From: Octopus vulgaris
Lineage: Eukaryota
Length of the DNA stretch: 64,000 nt
NCBI GenBank assembly: GCA_951406725.2
Contig: OX597834.1
Coordinates: forward strand, 18,910,001 to 18,974,000
Direction: 5' to 3'
Shown: positions 12,618 through 24,824 of the stretch, in pieces
How positions within the stretch are numbered: the stretch's first letter is position 1
Layout of the letters: every line of letters starts with the position of its first letter
Made by a program: the position numbers and the translations under genes
Notes under the pieces: generated by a model
Seen by the model: only the letters and a program-made list of their open reading frames with translations
What the model was told of the DNA's origin: nothing
Database searches by the model: none

Positions 12618-12926
12618 CTGAGGCACAAGGCCTTGTGGTTAGAGCAGCAGACTCGTGGTTGCGGGATCGTGGTTTCGAATCTCAGACCGAGCGATGTGTG
12701 TGTTTATGAGCGAAAACACCTAAGCTCCACGTGGCTCTGGCAGAAGGTAATGGCGAACTTCTGCTGACTCTTTCACCACAACTTTCTGTCACTCTTTCTT
12801 CCTGCATCTTGCAGCTCACCTGCAACAGACCAGCGTCCCGTCCAGGTGGGGAACCTATATGCCAAAGAAACTGGGAAACCGGCCCTTATGAGCCAGGCAT
12901 GGCTCGAGAAGGAACAAACAAAACAA
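12618..12926 (+). mobile_element. Family D SINE nested in an older SINE
   Basis: Highly similar to 10925-11227; TSD cagtattcatcta. Confidence 0.9.
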
Positions 12927-13244
12927 CAGTATTCATCTAAAGTTTAGTCAGCATTGCCAAAGTTCCAGTAATCTATCTAATGGTGACAGGTGGGGGGGGG
13001 GGTATGGGCCCTCTCAGATTGTATAGAGAGTGCTGGGGAAGGTTCACATGCATAGGACCTGCTCAAGGGCAAAGACAGACCACCACTAGACTAGAGGTCA
13101 GAATTAAAGTTAATCTTACATAGATTAGTATCAATGGTTTAAACAATCATATATTGGATCTTATTTCATAAACAGGAAAATATAGACATGAAAGGGATTA
13201 TGTATTGAATACATAGACTTATTTGTAATTATGAATAACTATGA

Positions 13245-13953
13245 ACATGTTACTGGGCCCCATGGTGGTGATGACAAGTAATTGAGAACTTGACAATAAG
13301 CTGTGCTTGAGAAGACTTATCAGGCCAAGTGAAACTGTAGCTGTGGTCATTGCCAGTATCATGTAAATGGAACCTGTGAAATCGTAATCATGACCGTTGC
13401 TGGTCGCATGATCTTTGAATGTTGGGCCTCACGGAGATGATGACAAGTGACCAAGACTTTGGCGATATGCTGTGCTTGAGAAAACTCATCAAGCCAAGTG
13501 AAACCATAGTGATAGTCGTTGCTAGTGTCATGTGAATGACACCTGTGAAATCATAACTGTGGCCATTGCTGGTAGCATGATCTTTGAATGTTGGGCCTCG
13601 CAGAGGTGATGACAAGTGACCAAGACTTAGGCGATATGCTGTGCTTGAGAAGACTCTTCAGGCCAACTGAAACCATAGTCATGGCAGTTGTCTGTGCCAT
13701 GTAAGTGGCACCCATGAAAACATAGTTGCGGCTGATGCTGGTGTCATATAAATGGCACACCTGTTGATGGCATGTAAAATGCACCCATTACACTCTTGGA
13801 GTGGTTGGCATTAGGAAGGGAGTTCAGCCATAGAAACCAAGCCAAATCAGACCGGAACCTGGTGCAGCTCCCCGGCTTACCAGTTCCGGTCAAACCGTCT
13901 AACCCATGCCAGCATGGAAAGCAGATGTTAAATGATGATGATGATGATGATGA
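13245..13953 (+). mobile_element. Long family C copy with three ~169-bp internal tandem units
   Basis: Units start near 13254, 13421 and 13590, followed by the C 3' end and (gat)n. Confidence 0.8.
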
Positions 13954-14913
13954 CTTTACTGAATTTGATAAAAGCAAGAGTTTCAGTACATTGTTTTTCT
14001 TCTATAACTCCATTAATAGAATGAGTTTGAACTCAGAACTTTTATTTCTAATGCAGCTGCAACCACCTTCTGACCCACCACACAAATAGCAATTACATCT
14101 CATTTGAGAAATGCTGGCCATGTTGTGTTTAGGTTAGTGCTGAGTTTACTGGTTTCCTGTTAGCACATTATGAATTAGTCTCTTGAGTGCATGTATCTCA
14201 CCTCTTCCATTTTCTTGATGCATTGTTTAAAATTGAAATCGTTCCAAAACGATATGTGATTTCCCATTTTAGACAGCATAAATTTTTTTTAACCATTCAT
14301 GACTTTAGTATTTTCTCTTTGATCAATGCCTTTTGATGTTCTACTCTAATCCCTAGGTGGTCGCCTAGGGATTAAAGTAGAACATACATGTTTATACCAC
14401 ACACATGCATGCACACAAGTATATGTATATATGTGCTAAAACACTCACATATAAACACACACAATTGCATATGTATGGGTGCAGTAGGCTACAAAACAAA
14501 AATTCTGCATAAAACGAAGCCCTAGAAATGTTAGGAAAAGAAAACAACACAGCAGACTGCCTCAAATTCTCTAAAAACAGTCAGGAATACAGAGAAAAAT
14601 TAAAAAGAATTCCAGGGATTCTCCAGTTAAGGTTCCTGGGTGAATGTCTGCACATAATCACACATACATCTGGAGTTCCCCACTCCACATTCACACACAC
14701 ACACAATAATGAAACATATACTCCTGTGTAGTAATGTAACATACACATTCACTACAGGCATGCACACACATTCACCTGCACACACATGTTTACACATATG
14801 TATACACGCTAACCCTTTCAGGTGACCACAAACTCCCAACTGCTGAGTTGACTTGAAAAAACCCTTGCCACATTGTTCATGACTTGCTTGAATCCTGCAA
14901 AAGACAAAAACAC

Positions 14914-15142
14914 TTAACCCTTTTGTTACCATATTTATTTTGAGATGCTCTGTGTTTCTTTCAATTATTTTAAATATAGCAGAAAATTTAGTAAAATAAC
15001 GTAGTTATCATTAAGCTAGTGTTAGGAACATAAATTGTGACTAAGGTTTGGTGGAAGATTCTAATTCAAAATTTATGAAAACAAGACATTTGTACTACAG
15101 AACCAAAGCTGGTTTCAGCCGGGCTGGTAATGAAAGGGTTAA
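14914..15142. mobile_element. piggyBac-like MITE (family P2)
   Basis: TTAA-ccctttt-gttacc ... ggtaatgaaaggg-TTAA; inverted homologue at 50331-50550. Confidence 0.85.
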
Positions 15143-15230
15143 ATATATCTCCTTAAAATACATAAATACATATATATACCTGCATGCACACACACACACA
15201 CATGCAATACAGGTATATTGGTGCAAATAT

Positions 15231-15420
15231 CATCATCATCGTTGTCATTTAACATCTCCTTTTCCATGATGGTATGGGGTGGATGGTGTGACAAGAACAG
15301 GTAAGTCAAAGGGCTGCACTAGATTCTATATCTGCTTTGATATGGTTTTTACAACTGGATGCCCTTCCTAATACCAAACACTTAGGGATGCTTTTTATGT
15401 GGCACCAGCACTGGTGGGGT
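15231..15420 (-). mobile_element. Family C, diverged
   Basis: catcatcat start and ctggatgcccttccta motif. Confidence 0.75.
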
Positions 15421-16042
15421 AACCAAGTACCTACAAGATATGACCCCTCAACTGAGGGGGATATAGAATGGAGGAATAAGAAACTACGATAGAAAGAAAA
15501 GTGGCAGGTGTCCTACAGAAGAAGGGTGTGTACGGCTTGCCCACCCGAAAAGAAAGAAAGAGAGAGATATGAGGTCCAGGTACATGGTGAATACTTTTAT
15601 AGCTATTGTACTACATCTCAGAACAAAGCATATAATTCTACTCAGTCCAGTTAGTGTGACTATGTGGGAGAAAATGCTCTGCTTAATGACTGATGGGAGA
15701 AAGGGCAATCACCTTTAAAAACAATTGCTTTCTCATAAACAACCCCACAACCCAACCTAAGTGGATTAAAAAAAAAAAAAAAAATTAATATGCATTCATT
15801 AGTTTCTGATAATTGTTTTCTGGGCTACATGTGGCAGTACCTAAGCTATAATTTGTCTTTCATTAGAATAACGAACCTGACCTGGTATATTATAAAAAAT
15901 AAATTGAAATAAAGCAAATGGTAACTTTCCTAATGGACCTTATAAGACTCACGTGATCTGTTAGTTAAGCTGTAAAGAACAGAAACCCTGTTCATTAACA
16001 ATTGCTACTGGACTATACAGTATATATAGTCCAGTGTGTGTC

Positions 16043-16085
<43 letters not shown>

Positions 16086-16241
16086 TATATATATATGCAT
16101 GATAAAAGAGCCATTATTTATATGTATTGCTTTTATTTTGCATGATATAGCTAAAACCATTTTCAAGTCTCTCAGGAAGTGGGTTAGTCAATGAATTATT
16201 GATTCACTGAAATGTTTTGTTACCTTTGATCTCGCTTGTTT

Positions 16242-16454
16242 CTGGGAAACAGAGGGAGACAAAAGTAGGGACAGACAACAATACTATTCTTCTATCCTAT
16301 TTCTGTATTTCATATTTTCTGTCTATTTCACATTTTATAAACTCAATCTATTGTACTTTAATTGCAGCGCTGGGAAACAGAGGGAGACAAAAGTAGGGAC
16401 AGACAACAATACTATTCTTCTATCCTATTTCTGTATTTCATATTTTCTGTCTAT
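16242..16454. repeat. 85-bp direct duplication with 43-bp spacer
   Basis: ctgggaaacagagggagac...ttctgtctat at 16242 and 16370. Confidence 0.95.
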
Positions 16455-16690
16455 CATTATAGCTTTTCCCCGCTGAATTATTCATATTCAGGAATTGGAA
16501 TTTTGAGACCTAACTATTAAGTAACATTACTTTTATTCCATCAGTGGAACTGATTCTGTCATAGATATTCCTTCTTATATAGCATTTATTTTATAAAATG
16601 ATGTTCAAGTTTAACTTGACATTCTATTTCAGTATCCAAAGTATGGTACTAATGGCCTTGTTTGTCCTGCACTTCAACATTTTAACCATA

Positions 16691-16849
16691 GACACAGGTA
16701 TGGCCGTGTGTAAGAAGCTTGCTTCCCAACTACATGGTTCCAGGTTCAGTCTCACTGCCTGACACCTTGGGCAAGTGTTTCCTATTATAATCTCGGGTAG
16801 ACCAAAGCCATGCGAATGGACTTCGATGGAAACTGAAAGAAGCCTATTG

Positions 16850-16881
<32 letters not shown>

Positions 16882-17100
16882 CATATATATATCCATGTGT
16901 GTCTTTGTGTCTGTGTTTGTCCCCCATCACTACTTGACAACCGGTGCTAGTGGGTTTACATCCCCATAAATTAGCAGTTCAACAAAAGAGAACAATAGAA
17001 GTACTGAGATCAATTCCTTCAACTAAAAATTCTTCAATGTGGTGCCCCAGCATGGTCACAGTCTAATGATTGAATCAAGTAAACAATAAAGATAAAAGAT
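16691..17100 (+). mobile_element. Family A SINE
   Basis: Head, core and tail all recognisable. Confidence 0.85.
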
Positions 17101-17619
17101 TCAGCAATTGTACTTTTTATTTAATCTCAAGGAAATGAAATTTCTGACCAATTTTTTTTTTTAAATGTATGTAAGTTAGTCTATCTGAATTATAAAATCC
17201 ATTTTTGATAAATTTAAGGATTAAAGAATTTGATTAATTTTCTTTTTCCGAGCAAGGCTTTCTCATAGAATTGAACCTAAACTTAGTTTCTATTACAGAA
17301 ACCAATAAAAAAACACATCTTCCCTGGATAAAATGTTAGTCTGTTGCAGGTTTGTTATTGAGAAACCTTTTTGATGGTATTAAAGTTGAGATAGTAAATC
17401 ATCTGTTTTGTATATGCAACTTCCACTTTGTTTCAACATCCTGCCCCTATTTAAGTAATTCCATTTTTAGATTAGGTCTCATAATTACATTAGGGATCTC
17501 TTTTAGAGGAAGAGTAACATAAAAGATCACCTTAAATAGGATTTATACTGAAGAAATATAACCAAAATTATGAATGCTAATTCTTTTCTAATAACTTGAT
17601 TGCATATTAGAAGCTTCTG

Positions 17620-17905
17620 TATGGCTGTTCGACCTGCTCAAGCTAGAAATAGCAGCCAAATCTCTTTCCAATCACATTCTTGTTACCTTTAAAGAAAGAG
17701 GAGAGCAGCATGGTTTCTATGGCTGGATGCCCTTCCTAACACCAACCACTTTACAGAGTGAACTGGGTGCTTTATATGTGGCACTGCCATGAATGCTTTC
17801 TATGTGGCACTATTTATGTGTGTCCTTGTTTTTGTGTTTGTCCCCCATTCCCCACTGTTTGACAGCCTTAAAAGAACAGGATCAGGCTGACCTAGGGGAA
17901 ACAGT
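17620..17905. mobile_element. Family E repeat carrying a 155-bp copied insert
   Basis: gctagaaatagcagccaaatctc and ggctgacctagggg motifs shared with 53760-53965. Confidence 0.55.
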
Positions 17906-19665
17906 AACATCAATATAAAATTTTGCAAGTCTTAGACTATAAAATGCAATCAGAATTTTCAAAAGGTTTCAGTTTGTATTAATATAATTAGAATTGGTAA
18001 AATATTTAGTTAATTAGAAAGAATAAGAATCGAATGATTTTCGGTTTTAACTGTACTCCAACCTATCGATTGCCTAAAAAGATTTCTTAATCTCATTAAG
18101 TTTTCTTATTTCATCTCAGCAGTTAGATCTTGGATTAATTTTCCAGTGAACTGTAAGCATGCAGTCAAATTTGCAGCAAAATAGCGAAAAATAATAGAAT
18201 CTAAGGATTCTTGTTGTTTATATTAAAAAAAAAAAAAATAACAAAACAAAACATTTTAATGGTTAGTGCAAGTTCAACCAGATTAAATAGGGTTTAACTG
18301 GTATATTTCTAAGAAAAGTACCAGTAATTCATCTGCTGTATCTTTATTCCTTATGTTGATCTGAGTATTTAAATTATTTCTTAAGCTTTGATTAACTAAA
18401 TGGATCTTGGAATGGTAAAGAATTAAAGATTAAAAAAAAAATGAAAATACTAAAAAATAATAATAAAAACAGTCAAGTTAGCAAACATTCAAAATTTTTA
18501 TCCTAACATTCCCTTTGTTATTCTGGTTTTCAAAAAATTTCCCTTTGACAACAGCACGTTAAGAGTACCACCACTTAATGTTTTTTCTTTTTCTTTTTTT
18601 TCCTATCAATGCGAATCCTAGTATTGAGACACAGGTCAGCAATTCTGGAAGTTGGTTATTTGATTTTAGTCTCTTATTATAAACTCACTAGTTCTCATTT
18701 AACTTGTTTTATTATTTTTTTTTTCTTTGCTACCTGGCTCTATTTTGCAATGAGGTGTGGTCGTTTTTCAGTTGAGGAATTGTATCATTGGAATGGCACA
18801 CTGAGTAAAACATGAGTTTCCTAAAGGCATCGGAGAAAAAGATAATAGCGTAACAAAATTTTATCAATATTGTATCCTCTTCCACATTTTTGATACAAGT
18901 CACCAGCACTCTAAATACTAATTTCCCTTGCTTTGAATAATTTAGTTCAAAAATCAAAGCTACCATTTTTGATAAAATTGGTTTGATTAAAAAAAAAAAA
19001 ATTGGATTTCTTTTTATTTTCTTTGTTTTTATTTTTTTTTATTTCTTGTTCCTTTTATCTTTCTACTCTGTTTTGTGATAACTTTTCATTTTTTTTTTTT
19101 TTCACATTGCCTTTTGATAATTCTTGTCAAAGGTTGTCTTTTTTTAATGATGATGAAGTAAGGTGTTTCAATTGCATCTCTGTGTTGCTTTTATGGCTAG
19201 TAGCTTTAGGTTTGAAGCAAAAAAAATAAAAAAACAAAAAAAATATACAACCCAGAAAAAAAACCAACTTAAGTAAAAAAAATGTTGTGCAAGATTTAAA
19301 AAAAAAGAACAAAAATATAAAACAACAAAATACTTCCCAAAACAAATTGCAGTGACATGAGAAATATTTGAAGGCAATGATGTGAAGAGTTTGTTATAAC
19401 TGATATCAGCAGGTTGCAAAATGTGTCACTTCTTGCTACTACCTGCACATGATTTTAAAATTAAAACAACAGTGTGTAATATCAGTGTGTTGCTTTTGCA
19501 AAAATGACATGCAAATTCTAATGTTCTGAAAGCTTTCTGGTGACATATTCAACTACAAGTTTCAATTTGCTTTGCAATGTATAAGAATTTAGTTAAAAAC
19601 AAAGAAGATAGAAAAAGTAGAAGTATCTTTGGAATTCATTTAGAGTATTTCAAATTATATACTAA

Positions 19666-20140
19666 GTGCAGGCGAGACTGCGTGGTAAGAAGTTTGCTTC
19701 CCAACCACGTGGATCTGGGTTCAGTCCCACTGCATGGCACCTTGGGCAAATGTCTTCTATAGCCGAAGGCTGACCAAGGCCTTGTGAGTGGATTTGGCTG
19801 ATGGAAACTGAAAAAAGCATGTAGTGTCATCATCATCATATGACGTCGGTTGTTCATGCTGGTAATGGGTTGGATGGTTTGACCAGGGCTTGCAAGCTGG
19901 AGAGCTGTACCACACTGCAGTCTGATTTGGCATGGTTTCTATGGCTGGATGCCCTTCCTAACACCAACCACTTTACAGAGTGTACTTGGTGCCTTTATAT
20001 GTGGCACTGCCATGAATACTTTCTATGTGGCACTATTTATGTGTGTCCTTGTTTTTGTGTTTGTCCCCTATTCCCCACTGTTTGAAACCAGTGTTGGTGT
20101 ATTTATGTCCCCATAACTTATCACTTTGGCAAAAGAGGTA
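19666..20140 (+). mobile_element. Family A SINE with nested antisense family C copy (19828-20035)
   Basis: A head and core, then catcatcat...ggatgcccttcc, then A resumes at gtgtttgtcccc. Confidence 0.85.
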
Positions 20141-20203
20141 AATGAGAGGAAATAGAGGACCTTGCTTAAGGCACAGCACATTGGCCTAAAGTTTGAAATT
20201 CTA

Positions 20204-20431
20204 TTAACCTTTTAAGATTTAAACTGGCCATATCAGACCCAAATATCCTTGCTGTTTTATGTTCAACCCAACCAGATACAGCCTCTCACACCTATCCTAC
20301 AATGTTATTTTAAGAATAAACGATCACATCATTGAAATCTCAAAGCTGTGAGATAATGCTTGATTAGTTAGAAACAATGTGAATAAATAAGCAGAGTATT
20401 TGGCAGAATAATCTGAACATTAAAAGGTTAA
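20204..20431. mobile_element. piggyBac-like MITE (family P1)
   Basis: TTAA-cctttta ... taaaagg-TTAA; reverse of 44119-44348. Confidence 0.8.
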
Positions 20432-21075
20432 TGTGGTCGATAAAATAATTTAAGTTTAAGTGGCATAAATGAATTGAGTTCTGATGTCTTGAGCAGGGAC
20501 TTTCTGTGAAGAGCAGTGATGTGTGGTGGAACTTTGTGAGTGAGGTTGAGGAGTATGAGAAAAAAAAAATATAAAAGAGGAAAGCAAAGACAACATGCAT
20601 TGGCATAATAATGTTGGTGACAAGTTAATGGACTGACAAGAAAAAACCCCAAAAAAACGGGAAGTTAGAAGAATGTGTATGTACATAGATACAACAGAAG
20701 TATGTGTAGATACATATATTTACATGTGTAAGTAGAGTAAATGTGAAGAAAAGGATACGTAAATAAACAAGAAGTAGTAATTGTTAGTATAAGATAGAAT
20801 GAGGCTGACATAAACGTGTAAATATATGCATACGCATATATGAATGCATGGACGTATGTATAGAGTAAGACGTGTCCACAACACAGGAGGAAGAGGTGGT
20901 TAAGGAAAGAAAGAGGGAAGGTTTGGTAGAAGTGAATTGGTGGGGTGGAGGTGGTGGAGGGTGGAATAAATGCGAAACTAATGAAAAATGTTGATTCACT
21001 CAGAACTGTTGCTTCCAAGCAATTTAGAAAACAGTTCAAGTTGAGTTTCATAAAAATGCACAAAACCACCCCAGA

Positions 21076-21235
21076 AAAAAAAAAAAAAAACAAAAACAAA
21101 AAACCAAAAAAAAAAAAAAAAAAACAAAAAACAAAACAAAAGCAAGAAACAAAAAGTTAACGAACAAAAAACAAAAACAAAAAAAAAAAAACAAAAGCAA
21201 AAAACAAAAACTTAACGAACAAAAAACAAAGACAA
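21076..21235. repeat. A-rich (CAAAA)n low-complexity tract
   Basis: Directly visible. Confidence 0.9.
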
Positions 21236-21249
21236 ATCTTGAAATAAAA

Positions 21250-21530
21250 TTTCACTCTTAGATTTTAGAATTGTCGAGGCATGGAATAAATTATCTGCAC
21301 TGGTAGTTGTTTGTTATCAATACATCATATCCTTAAAAAATTCCATGCTTTCCAGAATTTGTCAACACTATTCCTGACATGCCCATACACCCTTTTCATT
21401 CTTGTATTTTATTCTTTGTACTCTTGGCTCTCATTGTTGTCTTTTGTACTTGACTTATTATTGCCTTTTTAACCCTTTTTTGTTAATTATGTACCTGAGT
21501 ACTGTATGCAATAAGCTCATAATTTTAAAA
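21250..21530 (+). mobile_element. CR1-type LINE 3' remnant
   Basis: Translates RIVEAWNKLSALVV (CR1 ORF2 C-terminal RVVxxWNxLPxxVV motif); downstream gtacctgagtactgtatgcaataag resembles 22646-22675. Confidence 0.6.
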
Positions 21531-21744
21531 CATCAGTTTTATCTTTCCAAATTAGTCCTGCTAATTTACCGTAGTATTTTGCGTTATTTTTCTTATCTGT
21601 AGATTTTCCAACATATTGCTCCACTTTAGAGTAAACAGCATTTTTGGTGTTTCTGGCAGGTGCTATTAATCAAAAAATTTCAGAAAAATGACTTCATTAA
21701 AAGTTGGAGCCCTATGCAGAATTTCAGCTACTTATATGCAAAAC

Positions 21745-22363
21745 TCATCTTCATCATCATCATTATCTTTTAACATCCATTTTCTATGCTGGCATGGGTT
21801 GGACGGTTTGACTAGAGCTGGCAAACCAGAGAGCTGCATCAGGTTCCAGTCTGATTTGGCTTGGTTTCTATGGCTGGATGCCCTTCACAATGCCAACCAC
21901 TTTATAGCATGTGATGGGTGCTTTTCATATGGCACTAGCATGCCACAATTTGGAACATGCAAACATCATCATCATTTAACGTCTGCTTTCCATGCTAGCA
22001 TGGGTTGGACGATTTGACTGAGGGTTGGCGAACCAGACTCCAATCTGATCTGACAGAGTTTCTACAGCTGGATGCCCTTCCTAATGCCAACCACTCCGAG
22101 AGTGTAGTGGGTGCTTTTACGTGCCACCGGCACAAGGACCAGTTTGGTGGTACTGCCAAAATGGTGCTTTTTATGTGCCACCTGCGCAGGAGCCAGTCCA
22201 GCGGCACTGGCAATGACCTCGCTCAAATGTTTCACGTGCCACCAGCACAAGTGCTAGTAAGGCGACACGGTAATGATCACACTCAAATGGTGTGTTTAAC
22301 GTGCCATCGGCACGAAGGCCAGCTTGTTGCTCCGGCAACGATCTCACTTGTATGGTACATTTA
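21745..22363 (-). mobile_element. Two adjacent family C copies (21745-21945 and 21964-22363)
   Basis: Two (cat)n-led copies; the second has four hairpin units. Confidence 0.85.
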
Positions 22364-22559
22364 AAAGTGAGACACGAATTGGTGAAGAAACAGCCGAGGT
22401 AACAAAACACTATGATGAGAGAATGAGGAGAACAATCCAAAATAAAAGCAGGCCTTGGAAGGCCTGTGAGAAATGCCAAACTCAACACAGGGAAAGCTGG
22501 GTCTCACAACTGATGACAAGATTACCATAGATAAATTCTTTATGACTCTTTTAATGTTC

Positions 22560-22695
22560 CCTTTTTTATTCTCTGTACTGTGCATGTACTTTTGGCATTA
22601 CTTGATTTATATGTCTACTTTCTAATGTCTCTTTTAAAAGTTGAAGTGCACCTGGGCACAGTGTACAACAAGCTCGTTATTATTATTTTTATTAT
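22560..22695 (+). mobile_element. CR1-like 3' UTR remnant with (ATT)n tail
   Basis: gtgcacctgggcacagtgtacaacaag followed by tattattatt; similar to 21488-21520. Confidence 0.4.
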
Positions 22696-23219
22696 AGCAG
22701 CTAGCTGGAAAAATCCCTGGTACTTTGGACAAAATGCTTAGTGTCATTTCTTCTGAAATTCTGTAAAGATCATCTTTGCCTTTTGTCCTTTCAGAGCCAG
22801 TAAAATAATTATCCGTTGAGTACTGAGGTTACCCAAATTCAAGGTGTTGTGCCCACAATACGAAGAATAATCATTATGACCATTTTTAAAAATATTATGA
22901 TGGCTTGCTGGAAGAATCATTAATACACTGGACAAAATGCTTTGTAGCATTTCTTTTGTCTCATTACATTCTGAGTTCAAATTGTGCTGAAGTCAACTTT
23001 GCTTGGCATCATGTTGAGGTTGGTTAACTAAAACACCACTTATTGAAGCAGATTTTCTATGGCCAGATGCTGTTCCTGTTGCCAAATATCACTTTTTAAC
23101 AAGTAAGGTTATATTTCTCTTAGCTGGACATATTTTCATGAATGACTGGAAATTGACTCTGCTTGTATGACTAAGTGATGCTTGCTTACAAATATCATGT
23201 AATGTCAAAACACACACAG

Positions 23220-23645
23220 TGGAGGCATGTCTTTAGGGTATTTCGTCTCTCGTTACGTTGTGAGTTCAAATTCCGCTGAGGTCGACTTTGCCTTTCATCC
23301 TTTCGGGGTCGATAAACTAAGTACCAGTTACGCACTGGGGTCTATGTAATCGACTTAATACCTATGTCTGTCCTTGTTTGTCCCCTCTATGTTTAGCCCC
23401 TTGTGGGTAATAAAGAAATAGGTATTTGGACTCATGATTGTAAGATTGTGGTTTTGATTTCTGGACCAGGCAACACATTGTGTTCTTGAGCAAGACACTT
23501 CATTTCATGTGCTCCAGTTCACTCAGCTGGCGAAAATGAGTAATCCTGCGATGGACCAGCATCCCATCCAGGTGGGGAATATATACGTCATGAAACCGAG
23601 AAACCGGCGCTTGTGAGTTGGTATGACTCGAGAAGGGAACTTTAC
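23220..23645 (+). mobile_element. D-related SINE with a family B unit (23237-23420) inserted in its head
   Basis: ggaggcatg...ggtattt|B unit|ggtatttggactc..., later cctgcgatggaccagcatcccatccagg. Confidence 0.8.
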
Positions 23646-24309
23646 CTTCACTTTTAAAACACTCATACACACACTTAGCATCTTTTAATTCTCATCTACC
23701 AAATCTGCTTATAAGGCTTACATTCACCTGGGGTTACAGCAGAAGACACTTGCTCTAGGTGTTTCATGCAGTAGAATTAAACCTTAAACTGTGTTGGAGA
23801 AGCAAACCTACCGATCACACTGCAATGCCTGCATTTACACACAGATATATTAACTTTATATATTTAGATAATAAATACTATTATTATAGTTGTAATACTG
23901 TTGTAAATTAGTTGATTGACATGCAAGTCTTAGACTCGTGGGCATTGCAGCAAAGCTATTTCTATCATTGCAGCTTCACTTGGCAAAATTATCGAAAGTC
24001 TAATGAATAACTAACTGTTCATTATATACAAGCTACTGCATTCATCTCTAGAAACAATCTTAACAATGCTTCCATCCAGTTCATGATCTAAACTTCCAGC
24101 CAAATGAACAAATGGATTTAAAGCTATGGTGATGGCAAAGTTCTAATAGTAATTTAATTGAGAATTATTGTTGTAACAGTAGGCGCAGTTTCGGCCGAAT
24201 GGTAAAGAAGTTCATTTTGTAAACTCAAGGCCTTCGACTTCATACTAATGCAGGATATTAGGGGCAAGTATCATTTTCTATAACCTTGTGAGTGAAAATG
24301 GGCAGATGG

Positions 24310-24525
24310 GGACATAAACATGCCAACACCAGTTGTCAAGTGGTGATGGGGGACAAACACACACACACACACACACATGACAAATTTCTTTCAGTTTCTG
24401 TCTGCCAAATCCACTCATAAGGCTTTGGTCAGCCCAAGGCTAAAGTACAAGTTACCTGCCCAAGGTGCAACACAGTGAGATTGAACCTGGAACCATGTGG
24501 TTGGGAAGCAAGCTTATCTATTACA
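24310..24525 (-). mobile_element. Family A SINE 5' half between ~190-bp direct repeats
   Basis: Reverse complement of A head and core; 24120-24309 is repeated at 24538-24726. Confidence 0.8.
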
Positions 24526-24824
24526 TACACATTCTTAAAAGCTATGGTGATGGCAAAGTTCTTATAGTAATTTAATTGAGAATTATTGTTGTAATAGTAG
24601 GTGCAGTTTAGCCAAATGGTAAAGAAGTTCATTTTGTAAACTCAAGGCCTTCGACTTCATACCAATGCATGATATCTTGGGCAAGTATCATTTTCTATAG
24701 CCTTGTGAGTGAAAATGGGCAGATGGAAACTGTATGGAAACCTGTCAGTGGGATTGTAGTTGTAATTTAAAAGTGGCACAACCTAGTCACAGAATATGCC
24801 ATGCTGATTCTACCTGGAACTTCA

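Noticed and set aside
22105-22363. CRISPR array
   Set aside because: Linkers are mutually related, repeats are degenerate, the array lies inside a dispersed eukaryotic retroposon, and there are no cas genes.
22370-22530. RTE ORF C-terminal relic
   Set aside because: Resemblance is too weak and needs multiple frameshifts.
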